Positions 34,565 to 44,774 of a DNA stretch of 52,328 bases are shown piece after piece; positions within the stretch are counted from its first letter, which is position 1, and each line of letters begins with the position of its first letter. The stretch spans positions 1-52,328 of the forward strand of contig JBHENE010000091.1 of NCBI GenBank assembly GCA_046262215.1, read 5' to 3'. The stretch comes from Chthoniobacterales bacterium (GTDB lineage Bacteria; Verrucomicrobiota; Verrucomicrobiia; Chthoniobacterales; UBA10450). The notes under the pieces were generated by a model. It did no database searches. It was not told the origin of the DNA and was given only the letters and a program-made list of their open reading frames with translations. The translations under genes and the position numbers were made by a program.

Positions 34565-35121
34565 AACGGCCAATCGTCAAATACGGCGACGCCGTTCTGC
34601 GCGCCAAAGGCAAGCGTGTCGACAAGGCGGATGAGAAAATCCGCGCGCTCGCGTCGGACATGCTGGAAACGATGCACGCAGCAAACGGTGTTGGTCTCGC
34701 AGCGCAGCAGGTCGGAGAGGCGGTGCAGCTAACAGTGCTCGACGTGACGGATGTCGAAGACCGGCCAAGCACGCTGCGGTTAAATGGAGAAGACGTTGAG
34801 CTGGAACACGCGATGCCACTCGTGCTGCTGAACCCGACTTTAAAGCTCGGCGGAGAGACAGAACAGGGTCCCGAAGGATGCCTGAGCTTTCCAGAGATCA
34901 CGGCTGACATCGAGCGCGCGATCGCCGTCTCAGCGAAAGCGGAAACGCTCGACGGCGAGCGTGTCGAGATTGAAGCGACTGGTCTGCTCGCGCGGGCATT
35001 GCAACATGAGGTCGACCACCTCAACGGTATTTTGTTCATCGACCGTATGAGCTCGGTCGCAAAGGCAAGTCTCTCGAGCCGGCTCAAGCGATTGCAGAAA
35101 GAAACGCAGCGCGGCGGGTGA
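34561..35121 (+). CDS. def: peptide deformylase
   Basis: All three motifs are present: GVGLAAQQ, EGCLSFP, HEVDHLNG. The ATG overlaps the exbD stop (ATGA). Confidence 0.95.
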   Translation: MKRPIVKYGDAVLRAKGKRVDKADEKIRALASDMLETMHAANGVGLAAQQVGEAVQLTVLDVTDVEDRPSTLRLNGEDVELEHAMPLVLLNPTLKLGGETEQGPEGCLSFPEITADIERAIAVSAKAETLDGERVEIEATGLLARALQHEVDHLNGILFIDRMSSVAKASLSSRLKRLQKETQRGG

Positions 35122-35132
35122 GCGTGGAGTGC

Positions 35133-35290
35133 GTCATCCTGAGGCGGCGAACAGCGCTCGAAGGATCTCGCTCCCAAAGTCTGTGTCACACGAGGGGAGC
35201 AGACGCGCGGTTTGCAGACCGCGCATCGCTGATTCGCACCCCGCGATGTAATTGAGAGATCCCTCGACCGTCTTCGCGGGTCGGGATGAC
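35133..35290. repeat. palindromic interspersed repeat (MITE/REP-like), copy B
   Basis: Arms GTCATCCTGAGG...TCGAAGGATCTC (35133-35169) and GAGATCCCTCGA...CGGGATGAC (35256-35290). The terminal motifs match copy A at 46928-47038. Lies between convergent genes. Confidence 0.7.
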
Positions 35291-35346
35291 AGTCGCAATC
35301 TTCTGCGTGATTACCGGTCGGCTCACACGCGACGCGGAAGCAAGCG

Positions 35347-35907
35347 TTACATCGCTTTGTAAGTAACAGTGATCGTCCGGTAAACCAACGCCTCGCGTTG
35401 CGCAGAAAAGTAGAACAGCTCCAGCATCGTTCCGCCGACGATCCACTGATAGCCGACTAACGTCTGAACCACGTCCGAGTCGGTGTCGCGTGTGCGCGAG
35501 ACGAGCTTTCCGGTGCCGAACTTCGCATCGAAGTAACGACGGATTTCGCCCATCCGATCATTGTAGTTTTCGATCGTCCATTTGTCGTACTCATACTGCA
35601 GCTCGACTTCGGTGAGGAACCCTTCCTTGAACTTAAAGAGCGTGCGTTTCAGACCGGGCTGCACCAGACCTTCGACCGTCCAGATGTCGCGCTTCTCCTT
35701 CGTTTCACGCGTGACGATCTTCGCCTTCGCAGCGACTAACACCTGCTCGACCTTGCCGGAAGAGTCGTTCCAGCGGAAGCCGAACGGCGGTGGAATATCA
35801 TCGACGGCGAAAGCACGCGTGGCCGCGATCAGCAGCGCGACGAGCACACCGCCGAAGACGTTTCGCCACGCGGTGAACGTGTCAGCGGATGCGAAATGGT
35901 GATGCAT
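35347..35907 (-). CDS. hypothetical secreted protein
   Basis: ATG 35907 gives a signal-peptide-like N-terminus (FGGVLVALLIAATRAFAVDD). No recognisable domain. Confidence 0.6.
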   Translation of the reverse strand: MHHHFASADTFTAWRNVFGGVLVALLIAATRAFAVDDIPPPFGFRWNDSSGKVEQVLVAAKAKIVTRETKEKRDIWTVEGLVQPGLKRTLFKFKEGFLTEVELQYEYDKWTIENYNDRMGEIRRYFDAKFGTGKLVSRTRDTDSDVVQTLVGYQWIVGGTMLELFYFSAQREALVYRTITVTYKAM

Positions 35908-36142
35908 TTTGGACGGCGCCGGCCACTTCGCGCGACCGTTAAGAACAGCGAAGTTGCGCTCCCGCAACAGGCCGGTCAACCTGCGCGCAGGCGGTGTGAT
36001 TAGACGTTCGAGAGGACGCTCGGTTCAATTTTTGCGTCAAGATTTTTTTGGGAGATGCAGCGAAATAAACTTCCCGTTTTTTCTTGTCCGACATTTCCGA
36101 CGTTCCTACTCTGAAGCCGCTGGCCAGGAGGGATCAAAGGGG

Positions 36143-36163
36143 TTGTGAATAAGATGTGAACAG
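36143..36163. promoter_or_regulatory. DnaA-box-like pair upstream of dnaA (TTGTGAATAAG + TGTGAACAG)
   Basis: TGTGAATAA is the reverse complement of TTATTCACA, 1 mismatch from TTATCCACA. A second box lies 11 nt downstream in the same orientation. The same 11-mer and the 8-mer TGTGAACA occur at 19311-19332. Confidence 0.4.
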
Positions 36164-36433
36164 CTTGGCAGCGACTGAATAATCTAGAATGAGTATAAGC
36201 CCCGGTTCCCATGCAGACGCAGCGAAAATTCAGACGCGCCTGCGGCTCTCGCGATCGCACGCCATAGCGCATCTTGGTGTTTTCCCCTCGTGTTTTTGCG
36301 CGCGGCGCGATTTTTCACGAGGCATCGAGCTGTTTCGCGGCGTTGGATCTGCCGCAGAAACAGATGTATTTCCCCCGATGCTTAACCGTTGGCACCTCCG
36401 GGCGCGGGTTGCTTAACGCTGTTAACAACTCCT

Positions 36434-37798
36434 ATGGACGAGACGTGCGCGCACCTCTGGCAGCAACTGTCGACAGCGCTAAAACCGCAGGTTAGCCCAG
36501 ACACTTACCAGCGCTGGTTTTCGGCTGTTCGGCTGGTGAATGCGACCGATGATGCGTTCACTTTGCTGGTCCCTAACAACATTTATCAGTTCTGGATCGA
36601 GAGTAACCACATGGGCGCTTTGCAGGGTGCCATCGTGAGTGTGTTCGGCGCGCCGCGCGCGATCAAATTCGCGATGCCTTCTGAAGACGGCATGATTGTC
36701 GCCGACGCGCCGTCTGAGCCGATCGAAGTTGTTGAACCGGAGCCCGACGAAGCTCCGGATCAACGGGTCGGCAATGCGCTTGGCCTGAATCCGCGCAACA
36801 CTTTTGAGTCGTTCGTCGTCGGTCCGAACAACGAGATCGCGCACGCTGCGAGTCTTGCGGTCGCGCAATCGCCTGCGCGCACTTACAACCCGCTGTTCAT
36901 CTACGGCGGTGTGGGTCTGGGCAAGACGCACCTGATGCAAGCGATCGGCCAATACGTTTGGTCGAAGAAAAAAAACGCGAAGGTGATGTATCTCTCGAGC
37001 GAGGTTTTCATCAACGATTTCATCGATGCGATTCAGCACAGCACGCTGGTTAAATTCCGAAAGCGTTACCGCCAGGCAGACCTGCTCTTGATCGATGACA
37101 TTCAGTTCCTCGGCGGCAAAGAACGTTCGCAGGAAGAGTTCTTCCACACCTTCAACACGCTGTTCGACGGACATAAACAGATCGTGCTCTCGAGCGATCG
37201 GCCGGCCTCGGAGATCGCGAACCTTGAGCATCGTCTCGTGTCGCGCTTCGAGTGGGGACTCACGGCCGAGCTGCAGCCGCCGGACGTCGAGACGCGCACC
37301 GCGATCCTGCGCAAGAAAGCGCGCACGCTGCACATCAAGCTGCGCGACGAGATCTTTGATTTCCTTGCACTGCGCATCCGCACGAACGTGCGTCGACTCG
37401 AAGGAGCGCTCATGCGCGTCGCTTCGTTCGCGTCACTCAGCGGCAAGGAGCTAACGAGCGAAGTCGTCGAGCATCTGCTAAAGGACATTCTCAACGAAGA
37501 AGCGCGGCACGCCGTCACGATCGACCAAATTCAGCGGCGCGTGGCGGAACACTTCGATGTGCGGCTCGCGGACATGACGAGCAAGCGTCGGCCGGCGAAC
37601 ATCGCGTTCCCGCGGCAGATCGCGATGTATCTGGCGCGCGAACTGACGAAAGCGTCCCTCAACGAGATCGGTGAGGCATTTGGCGGTCGCGATCACGGTA
37701 CCGTGTTGCATGCGTGCAAGCTGGTGAAGAAACGGATGGTCGAGCAGGACAAAATTCGGCAGACGATTTCGTTCATCGACAGCTCGCTGCAGCGTTGA
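36434..37798 (+). CDS. dnaA: chromosomal replication initiator protein DnaA
   Basis: Walker A GGVGLGKTHL, Walker B LLLIDDIQF, sensor/box VII, and a C-terminal DNA-binding domain (RPANIAFPRQIAMYLARELT...GGRDHGTVLHA). Confidence 0.96.
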   Translation: MDETCAHLWQQLSTALKPQVSPDTYQRWFSAVRLVNATDDAFTLLVPNNIYQFWIESNHMGALQGAIVSVFGAPRAIKFAMPSEDGMIVADAPSEPIEVVEPEPDEAPDQRVGNALGLNPRNTFESFVVGPNNEIAHAASLAVAQSPARTYNPLFIYGGVGLGKTHLMQAIGQYVWSKKKNAKVMYLSSEVFINDFIDAIQHSTLVKFRKRYRQADLLLIDDIQFLGGKERSQEEFFHTFNTLFDGHKQIVLSSDRPASEIANLEHRLVSRFEWGLTAELQPPDVETRTAILRKKARTLHIKLRDEIFDFLALRIRTNVRRLEGALMRVASFASLSGKELTSEVVEHLLKDILNEEARHAVTIDQIQRRVAEHFDVRLADMTSKRRPANIAFPRQIAMYLARELTKASLNEIGEAFGGRDHGTVLHACKLVKKRMVEQDKIRQTISFIDSSLQR

Positions 37799-37915
37799 TG
37801 ATGCGCAGCATCTTGGGCTCGCCTCGTTAGGCGACACAACTTCTCGCGCTGCGGCGAGATTGCGGTTGCCGAAAAAAATCGTAAGCCTTACATCTTAGCT
37901 CGCCCGGCCCCCTCT

Positions 37916-39013
37916 ATGAAATTCAGCGTCACAAAAGAGAAGTTGCTCGAAGGTTTGCAGCAGGTGCAGAACGTCGTTAGCACCCGCACGACGCTCCCGA
38001 TTTTGTCGAACGTGTTGCTGCAAGCGAGCGGCAACGAAGTTCATCTCACGACGACGGATCTGGATGTCGGCGTTCGCGGAAGTTTCGAAGCGAAAGTCGA
38101 ACGTGAAGGCGCCACGACGCTGCCGGCGCGCCGGCTCTTCACCATTATTCGCGAGCTGCCATCGACAGAGATCCAGATCGAGGTCGACGGCAAAAATGCC
38201 GCGTCGATCCGCAGCGGCCAGAGCTTCTTCAAGATCCTCGGGCTGCCGGAAGAAGAGTTCCCACCGTTGCCGAAATTTGAAGGCGCGAAGAACGTCACGA
38301 TTCCGCAGAAGGCGCTCCGCGACGGCTTGCGCAAAACATCCTACGCAATTTCGACGGACGAGACACGCTATGTGCTCAACGGTGTTCTGTTCAGCCTGAA
38401 GGAGAACAAGCTCACACTCGTCGCAACCGACGGACGGCGTCTCGCGATGGTCGATATCGAGCTGGAATTTCCGCGCAGTCACGAAGCGGAGATCATTGTT
38501 CCGACCAAAGCGGTCACGGAATTGCAACGACTGCTGACCGACGAAGGTGACGTGAAGGTGAGCTTCGGCAGCGGGCAGATCGCGTTCGATCTGAACAACA
38601 CGCTCCTCGTCTCGAAGCTGATCGAAGGAAACTACCCGAACTACCGGCAGGTGATTCCAGCGGAGACAAAGGAGCGGGTCACCCTCGAGCGCGAAACATT
38701 CCTCAATTCGTTACGGCGCGTATCTCTGCTCGCGAGCGACAAGTCGAATTCGATCAAGTTGAACTTCACCAAGAACAACATCGATATCACCGCCAACACA
38801 CCGGAAGTCGGTGAGGCAAAAGAGTCGCTGCCGGTTTCATATAAGGGCCGAGATTTCTCGATCGCCTTCAATCCCGAATTCTTCATGGCGCCGCTCCGGA
38901 ATCTGACGGAAGACGAGGTTTTCCTGGATCTCATCGACGAGATGAGCCCAGGCGTTTTGAAGATCCAGACGCCGTTCCTTTACGTCCTGATGCCGATGCG
39001 CATCAGCTCGTAG
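37916..39013 (+). CDS. dnaN: DNA polymerase III beta subunit (sliding clamp)
   Basis: 365 aa with the typical MKFSV.KE.LL..LQ.V N-terminus and three-domain length. Lies directly downstream of dnaA. Confidence 0.95.
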   Translation: MKFSVTKEKLLEGLQQVQNVVSTRTTLPILSNVLLQASGNEVHLTTTDLDVGVRGSFEAKVEREGATTLPARRLFTIIRELPSTEIQIEVDGKNAASIRSGQSFFKILGLPEEEFPPLPKFEGAKNVTIPQKALRDGLRKTSYAISTDETRYVLNGVLFSLKENKLTLVATDGRRLAMVDIELEFPRSHEAEIIVPTKAVTELQRLLTDEGDVKVSFGSGQIAFDLNNTLLVSKLIEGNYPNYRQVIPAETKERVTLERETFLNSLRRVSLLASDKSNSIKLNFTKNNIDITANTPEVGEAKESLPVSYKGRDFSIAFNPEFFMAPLRNLTEDEVFLDLIDEMSPGVLKIQTPFLYVLMPMRISS

Positions 39014-39938
39014 GGAGCAGCGCAGCGGTTGCTGTTTTTGCGACGGCGCTGATCGGCAGCGCGTTGAGATTCCCGTCTGGCGCGCGAAGGATGCGTACTT
39101 GCGGATTTGCCGGAGCCCAGACGGCCGGGTCGGTCGGGCCGAACAGCAGGACACACGGCGTTCCAACAGCTGCCGCGATGTGCGAGATGCCGCTGTCGTG
39201 GCCCAGGAAGAGCACGCATTTTTCTAGCGCCGCAGCGAGCAGTGGCAGCGCGAGGTTTTCTGCGAAGTGCACTCGCGGGCCGCTGAGTTCCTGCTTGATC
39301 GCGGCGACGGCGTCGAAGTCCGCTTCTCCGCCGATGATTAGCAACGACGTCGAGGCATCCGAGTCGAGCAGGTGATGAGCTAGCTCCAGCCACTTCTTGA
39401 TTGGCCAGTTTTTCGTCGCGCTGCCGCTTCCGGGATGGAGTGCGATGAGGCGTTCGGACGGCAGGTATGTTTTAGCGAATTGTCGATCGACAGCATTCGG
39501 GTACAACCTCGCCGCCGCGCTTTGTAGCCGCAGTTTAAGTTGTTCGAGTGGTCGGGCGAGCTGGATCGCGGCATGTTCGTGTCCCTCAAGCTTTGGAGGA
39601 CAAGCGAGAAACACATCGACTCCGCATCGGGCGAGGTTTCTCTCGAAGATCTGGTCGGGGTCGAACAGATAACTGACGATCAAGTCGAAGCTGTGAAAGT
39701 AATCTGCGAGATCCGCGGGCAGATCGCTGGCGCGGGCGAAGAAGCTTGCCAGGGCGGCATATTCGATTGAGCGCGAGGCGTTCGCGTAACACCGATCCTC
39801 TGCGAGTGCGACGATGTGTTTGTAGCCGAGGATCTCAAGCGGCGCGTCCGGAAACGCATCCCGCAGCAGGTGGATCGCGGGAAGGGTGAGGACGAAGTCA
39901 CCGATCGCGCCGCCGCGGATGACGAGAATGCGCTTCAC
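39003..39938 (-). CDS. glycosyltransferase family 9 (heptosyltransferase-like)
   Basis: MKRILVIRGGAIGDFVLTLPAI N-terminus and the C-terminal GHDSGISHIAAAVGTPCVLLFGPT motif. Confidence 0.85.
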   Translation of the reverse strand: MKRILVIRGGAIGDFVLTLPAIHLLRDAFPDAPLEILGYKHIVALAEDRCYANASRSIEYAALASFFARASDLPADLADYFHSFDLIVSYLFDPDQIFERNLARCGVDVFLACPPKLEGHEHAAIQLARPLEQLKLRLQSAAARLYPNAVDRQFAKTYLPSERLIALHPGSGSATKNWPIKKWLELAHHLLDSDASTSLLIIGGEADFDAVAAIKQELSGPRVHFAENLALPLLAAALEKCVLFLGHDSGISHIAAAVGTPCVLLFGPTDPAVWAPANPQVRILRAPDGNLNALPISAVAKTATAALLPTS

Positions 39939-39960
39939 GAAAATCGCGGAAGCGATAGGT

Positions 39961-40512
39961 CTAGTAGCGCGTGAACGCGCAGAAGAGAATTGCGGCGGCG
40001 TAGAGCAGCCCGAGCACGCTGACCGAGCGCCAGCGCACCGCGGTTCGCGTGACCCAGCCGAGTTGATCGCGCAGCACGTACGGCATTGTTACCCAGAACA
40101 AACCAAGGACGATTAACAGGTAAGCAAAAACCGTGACGAGCAGACGGCTGTGCTCGTAACGGAGAAATGCAGCGTCGAGCAGTGGCTCACCAGCGAGCAG
40201 GGCTAGAATGCCAAGCGCGCGGACGGCGAGGAATTCATTCACGAACCGCAGCACGAGAAGATAGCCGATCGGCACCGCGATGAGGAGCGGCTTCCGAAAG
40301 CTCGCGAACTCACCCATTTCCATCGTCGCTAGCAGCCACATGCTCCAGACGAAACCAAGCGTCAGGAGAATAATGCCAATGGGGAACGAGCGGGGGAATC
40401 GCGTCACCCAGCCGCGCGCTGTGTCCGGCATCAAAAGCCCCGGCAGACTCACGAGCAGCAGCAGCAATCCCGCGATGAAGCCGGCGGTCTGGAGAGACAG
40501 ATTGTAGATCAT
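39961..40512 (-). CDS. hypothetical integral membrane protein (about 6 TM)
   Basis: Strongly hydrophobic 183-aa ORF with GC-rich third positions. No known motif. Confidence 0.6.
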   Translation of the reverse strand: MIYNLSLQTAGFIAGLLLLLVSLPGLLMPDTARGWVTRFPRSFPIGIILLTLGFVWSMWLLATMEMGEFASFRKPLLIAVPIGYLLVLRFVNEFLAVRALGILALLAGEPLLDAAFLRYEHSRLLVTVFAYLLIVLGLFWVTMPYVLRDQLGWVTRTAVRWRSVSVLGLLYAAAILFCAFTRY

Positions 40513-40533
40513 GCGTCGAGTCGAGCGGCAGAT

Positions 40534-41889
40534 TTACACGACCGGCGTGCCATACAAGCTGAAACCGTTCGCCTGCTCGACGTGGATGTTCATTAGCTGC
40601 CCTGCACGGTCAGCTGCGTCCTCGAAGACGACGATCTTGTTTGTGCGCGTGCGTCCCATCAGGCGCGCAGTGTTATGCCGGCTCGGCCCTTCGCAGAGAA
40701 TCTCGAGCTGACGGCCGATAAGCCGATTGTTTGCGCGATGCGCCGACTCATCAACCACGCGGAGGAGGTCCTGGTTGCGCGCTTCTTTGACATCTTCGGC
40801 GACCTGATTGGGCATCACCGCGGCGGGTGTCTCGGCGCGCGTGGAATATCGGAAGATGAAGGCGTTATCGAACTGCACGTGGCGCACCAAATCTCGCGTC
40901 GCTGCGTAGTCGCTCTCATTTTCGGCAGGGAAACCCACGATCACGTCGGACGTGATCGCGACCTCCGGTTTCGCAGCGCGGATGCGATCGACAAGCGCAA
41001 TATACTTCTCAGCGGTGTAAGGACGATGCATCGCTTTGAGGATGCGGTCCGACCCCGACTGCAGAGGCAAGTGGACGTGCTCGGCTAGTTTTGGCAGCTC
41101 CGCAATTGCAGCGATGAGATCGTTACGGAAGCCGATCGGGTGAGGCGAGGTGAACCGCAGCCGTTCTAATCCATCGACCGCGTGAACCGCTTCCAACAGC
41201 TGCACGAATGGACTTTTGCCGGCCACTTTCGGGAACTCGTGTCGGCCATAGAGGTTCACGATCTGCCCGAGCAACGTGATCTCTTTTACGCCGCGCGCCA
41301 CCAGCCCGCGCACCTCGCGCACGATCTCGTCGATCCCGCGACTCCGCTCGGCGCCGCGGGTTCGTGGGACAATGCAAAACGTGCAGTGCATGTTGCAGCC
41401 TTGCATGATTGACACGAACGCGGTCGCTTGGCGCGGCGCGAGTTGCTGCTCGCGGATCGTCGCTTGCGAACCCGCTTCTTCAGCAGTGTCCGAGATCGAG
41501 AACCGCAGATCATCCATGCGGCGCGCGCGTTTCTTCTCCACCAACTCCTCGACGTAATCCGCGACACGATGGAATTTCTGCGTACCGACGACAAGATCGA
41601 GGTGCGGCAAACCGTTGAACAAAGAATCGCCGCGTGCCTGCGCCATGCACCCGAGAAAGCCAAACACCACCTCAGGGCGTCGCTTCGCGATCTTCCCCAT
41701 CATCCCCATTTTGCCGAGCGCTTTCTGGTCGGCCATGTCGCGCACGCTGCAGGTATTCAGGAGCACGACGTCGGCTTCCGCCTCGCGCGCGACCGGCTGG
41801 TAGCCGCGCTCGATCAATGAATGCGCCACCTGCTCGGAGTCGCGCTCGTTCATCTGGCAGCCGTAAGTCTTGATGTAGAATTTCGGCAT
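40534..41889 (-). CDS. miaB: tRNA-2-methylthio-N6-dimethylallyladenosine synthase
   Basis: UPF0004 N-domain (FYIKTYGCQMNERDSE), radical-SAM CNMHCTFCIVP, and a C-terminal TRAM domain. ATG 41889 was chosen. Confidence 0.93.
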   Translation of the reverse strand: MPKFYIKTYGCQMNERDSEQVAHSLIERGYQPVAREAEADVVLLNTCSVRDMADQKALGKMGMMGKIAKRRPEVVFGFLGCMAQARGDSLFNGLPHLDLVVGTQKFHRVADYVEELVEKKRARRMDDLRFSISDTAEEAGSQATIREQQLAPRQATAFVSIMQGCNMHCTFCIVPRTRGAERSRGIDEIVREVRGLVARGVKEITLLGQIVNLYGRHEFPKVAGKSPFVQLLEAVHAVDGLERLRFTSPHPIGFRNDLIAAIAELPKLAEHVHLPLQSGSDRILKAMHRPYTAEKYIALVDRIRAAKPEVAITSDVIVGFPAENESDYAATRDLVRHVQFDNAFIFRYSTRAETPAAVMPNQVAEDVKEARNQDLLRVVDESAHRANNRLIGRQLEILCEGPSRHNTARLMGRTRTNKIVVFEDAADRAGQLMNIHVEQANGFSLYGTPVV

Positions 41890-41947
41890 CGCGAGAGCGC
41901 AACAGTGACACATCACTGTCAGCCGCGCTATTGACGGCGACGAGCAA

Positions 41948-43645
41948 CTACAGCTTACCCGGACCCCACAGTGCGCGCCCGGGCTTTGCGTCGGTGTGCT
42001 CGCCGTCTTTCAGGACATGCACGCCGTTGACGAATACATGCTTTACGCCCGTCGCGTACTGGTGCGGCTTCTCGAAAGTCGCATGATCCGCGATCGTCTT
42101 CGGGTCGAACACTACGACATCGGCGAACATCCCCTCCTGCAGAAAACCGCGATGATCGAGACCAAGATTCGTCGCCGGCAAACCGCTCAGCCGCCGCACC
42201 GCTTCCTCGAGGGAGATGACCTTCTCGTCGCGGACGTAACGCCCGAGCACGCGCGCAAAGTTGCCGTAGGCGCGTGGATGCGAATTAGACTTCAAGAAAA
42301 CGCCTTCCGGCGCCTGCGACGCCTCGTCCGAGCCAAACGAGATCCATGGCTTCGCCATCTGCTTCCGCACGTTCTCTTCCGACATCACGAAGTAAACCGT
42401 GCCGATGCGTGACTCATCTTCGCTGATCAGATCCATGATCGTCTCAATCGGATCTTTGCCGCGCATCTTAGCGACCTCGGCCAGTGTCTTCCCTGTCAGC
42501 GGCTTGAGCTTGTCTGATTTGAATCCAACCAAAAGGATTCGGTCCGGTGAGCCGGCTCCGAGGTAGAAGTTCTCCCAGTCATTGCTTGGGGTACGCACCT
42601 GTTCCGCGATTTTCGCGCGGGTCTCCGGATCCCGCAGTCGCTTGAACAACGCAGGATAGCCGCCGTCTGCCGTCCACGGCGGCAATGACGCATCCAAGCC
42701 AGTCCCCGCAGCGGGATACGTATACATGTCAGCTGTAATCTTGAGGCCTTCCTTTTGCGCTGTCTCGATCTTCGCGAGCAGCTCGTCTTCCTTGCCCCAG
42801 TTCGATTCGCCGGCGGCCTTGAGGTGATAAATCTCGGCGGGAATATTTGCTTCACGGCTGATGCGGAGCAGCTCGTCAACCGCCTCGAGCAGATGGTTTC
42901 CCTCGCTCCGCATGTGCGAAATGTATTTGCCGCGATACTTCGCCGCGACTTTGCACAACTCGATCAGCTCCTCCGTTTTCGCATAGAACGCCGGCGGATA
43001 GATCAGCGATGTCCCGATTCCCAACGCGCCGGCTTCCATCTCCCGCCGAACAACGTCGCGCATCTGCTCCATCTGCTCGGGCGTCGGCTGCTTGTCTTCC
43101 AGGCCGAGGACGAATTCGCGGACTGTCGTAGCGCCGAGAAACGACGCGACGTTCGTGCTCACGCCGCGCTGTTCGAGGTATCGGAGATACTCCGCGAGCG
43201 TGTTCCACTTGATGTCGAATTTGATGTCACCCTGCTCTTTGACGACGCGCTCTTTCATCGCGTCGTTCCATGGACCCATCGACCAGCCTTCGCCCATGAT
43301 CTCCGTCGTGACGCCCTGCCGGATCTCGCTTTGCGACCGGCCGTCCGCGATGAGCGATTCTGTCGACCAAGACAGCATATTGATGAACCCGGGTGCCACT
43401 GCCATGCCGCTCGCGTCGACGACGTTCGCTGCTTTGGCTTTTGTGAGATCGCCGAGCGCGACGACGCGATCTGCGCGGATACCGACATCCACGCGCTGCG
43501 GTTTACCGCCGGTGCCGTCGTAGACCGTGCCGCCTCGGATTACCGTGTCGAACTCCGGCGGCGCCTCCCCGAAGCAGGTTACGGTGAAGGCGGTGAAGAG
43601 CAGAAGGAACGAACGACGCATCGGCTCAATTGCTGACAGCTGCAC
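41948..43645 (-). CDS. N-acyl-D-amino-acid deacylase (D-aminoacylase) family amidohydrolase, secreted
   Basis: Signal peptide, then DTVIRGGTVYDGTGGKPQRVDVGIRADRVVALGDL, typical of D-aminoacylases. The C-terminus is RGFLQEGMFADVVVFDP. Confidence 0.85.
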   Translation of the reverse strand: MQLSAIEPMRRSFLLLFTAFTVTCFGEAPPEFDTVIRGGTVYDGTGGKPQRVDVGIRADRVVALGDLTKAKAANVVDASGMAVAPGFINMLSWSTESLIADGRSQSEIRQGVTTEIMGEGWSMGPWNDAMKERVVKEQGDIKFDIKWNTLAEYLRYLEQRGVSTNVASFLGATTVREFVLGLEDKQPTPEQMEQMRDVVRREMEAGALGIGTSLIYPPAFYAKTEELIELCKVAAKYRGKYISHMRSEGNHLLEAVDELLRISREANIPAEIYHLKAAGESNWGKEDELLAKIETAQKEGLKITADMYTYPAAGTGLDASLPPWTADGGYPALFKRLRDPETRAKIAEQVRTPSNDWENFYLGAGSPDRILLVGFKSDKLKPLTGKTLAEVAKMRGKDPIETIMDLISEDESRIGTVYFVMSEENVRKQMAKPWISFGSDEASQAPEGVFLKSNSHPRAYGNFARVLGRYVRDEKVISLEEAVRRLSGLPATNLGLDHRGFLQEGMFADVVVFDPKTIADHATFEKPHQYATGVKHVFVNGVHVLKDGEHTDAKPGRALWGPGKL

Positions 43646-43703
43646 GTCGACACGTCACGACGAAAGCGCGCTCGCGGCGGCTCCGCGTGCGTAGACTAGC
43701 GCG

Positions 43704-44774
43704 ATGTATGATGTCGCGATCGTCGGAAGCGGCCCTGCTGGCGCGACTTGCGCGGCGTTCTGCGCGCGTGCTGGGTTGCGCGTGGTCGTGTTCGAGCGCG
43801 AGACGTTCCCACGCGAGAAAGTCTGCGGCGATTGTTTAAACCCGGCGTGCTTTCCGGTGCTCGAACGTCTCGGAATTGCAGAAGACGTTCGCGCGCTTGC
43901 GCACGGGGAACTGCGCCGCGTCGATTTCGTTGCGATCGACGGGCGTACGGTCACAGTCGAGTTGCCGCGCGACGCGGAAATCGCGGTGAAGCGCAGTCTC
44001 TTCGACGATCTGCTGATGCGTCGCGCGCAGGCGGCCGGCGCGGAAATTCGGGAACGTAGCGTCGTCACCGCACTCGTTGCGCCGACGTCATCAGCGGATT
44101 TTTGGAGAATCACGGCGGGTGGCGATCAATTTGAAGCGCGGGCCCTGGTCGCCGCGGACGGACGGAACTCGACCGTAGCGCGGCTGCTCGGGCTGTTGCC
44201 GCGCGTCGCGAAAGATCGTGTGGGCTTGCAGACGCACATCCCGCTGCCGGCAGGTTTTGGCGAACGCGTCGTGCTGCAATTTCTGCGCGAGGGCTACTCG
44301 GGCCAGGCGCCCGTTGATGACCAGACGCTGAATCTCTGCCTCGTCGGCCGCGCACATTCGATCGGCGCGGTCCGACACTGGGCGGAAGCGACCTTCGGCA
44401 TCGCGCCAGATCACACCTGGCGCACCATCACGCCTTTGCGGCGCGCGGCAGTGGCACCTGCAGCGTTGGGCTTGTTCCTCGTCGGTGATGCTGCTCGGGT
44501 GGTCGAGCCATTCACCGGTGAAGGGATTTACTACGCGCTGCGTTCCGGTGAACTCGCAGCGGAGTCTATCGCGAGACAGCTGCAAACGGGCGACGCAGAA
44601 CTCGGCGCGCGCCTCTACACGGCAGCGCACGAGAACCTTTATCGTGGACGATTGTGGGTAAATCGGATCGCGCGCGCGGCCGTCCTCTCGCCACGGATGA
44701 CATCGCTGCTCATTCGGACCGGCGTGTTGCGGTCGGCGTTTCTGCAGAAGCTAACTGCGAAGATCGTGCGCTAG
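43704..44774 (+). CDS. FAD-dependent oxidoreductase, geranylgeranyl reductase family
   Basis: [16 protein letters not shown] dinucleotide-binding motif, REKVCGDCL and the GD motif [17 protein letters not shown]. Confidence 0.85.
   Translation: MYDVAIVGSGPAGATCAAFCARAGLRVVVFERETFPREKVCGDCLNPACFPVLERLGIAEDVRALAHGELRRVDFVAIDGRTVTVELPRDAEIAVKRSLFDDLLMRRAQAAGAEIRERSVVTALVAPTSSADFWRITAGGDQFEARALVAADGRNSTVARLLGLLPRVAKDRVGLQTHIPLPAGFGERVVLQFLREGYSGQAPVDDQTLNLCLVGRAHSIGAVRHWAEATFGIAPDHTWRTITPLRRAAVAPAALGLFLVGDAARVVEPFTGEGIYYALRSGELAAESIARQLQTGDAELGARLYTAAHENLYRGRLWVNRIARAAVLSPRMTSLLIRTGVLRSAFLQKLTAKIVR

Noticed and set aside
44751-44774. Convergent 3'-end overlaps (FAD oxidoreductase/folD 24 nt; dnaN/GT9 11 nt at 39003-39013; 4-nt cases at 788-791, 9625-9628 and 49644-49647)
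   Set aside because: They fit the generally compact gene packing of this genome. There is no extra structure or conservation signal to suggest antisense regulation.
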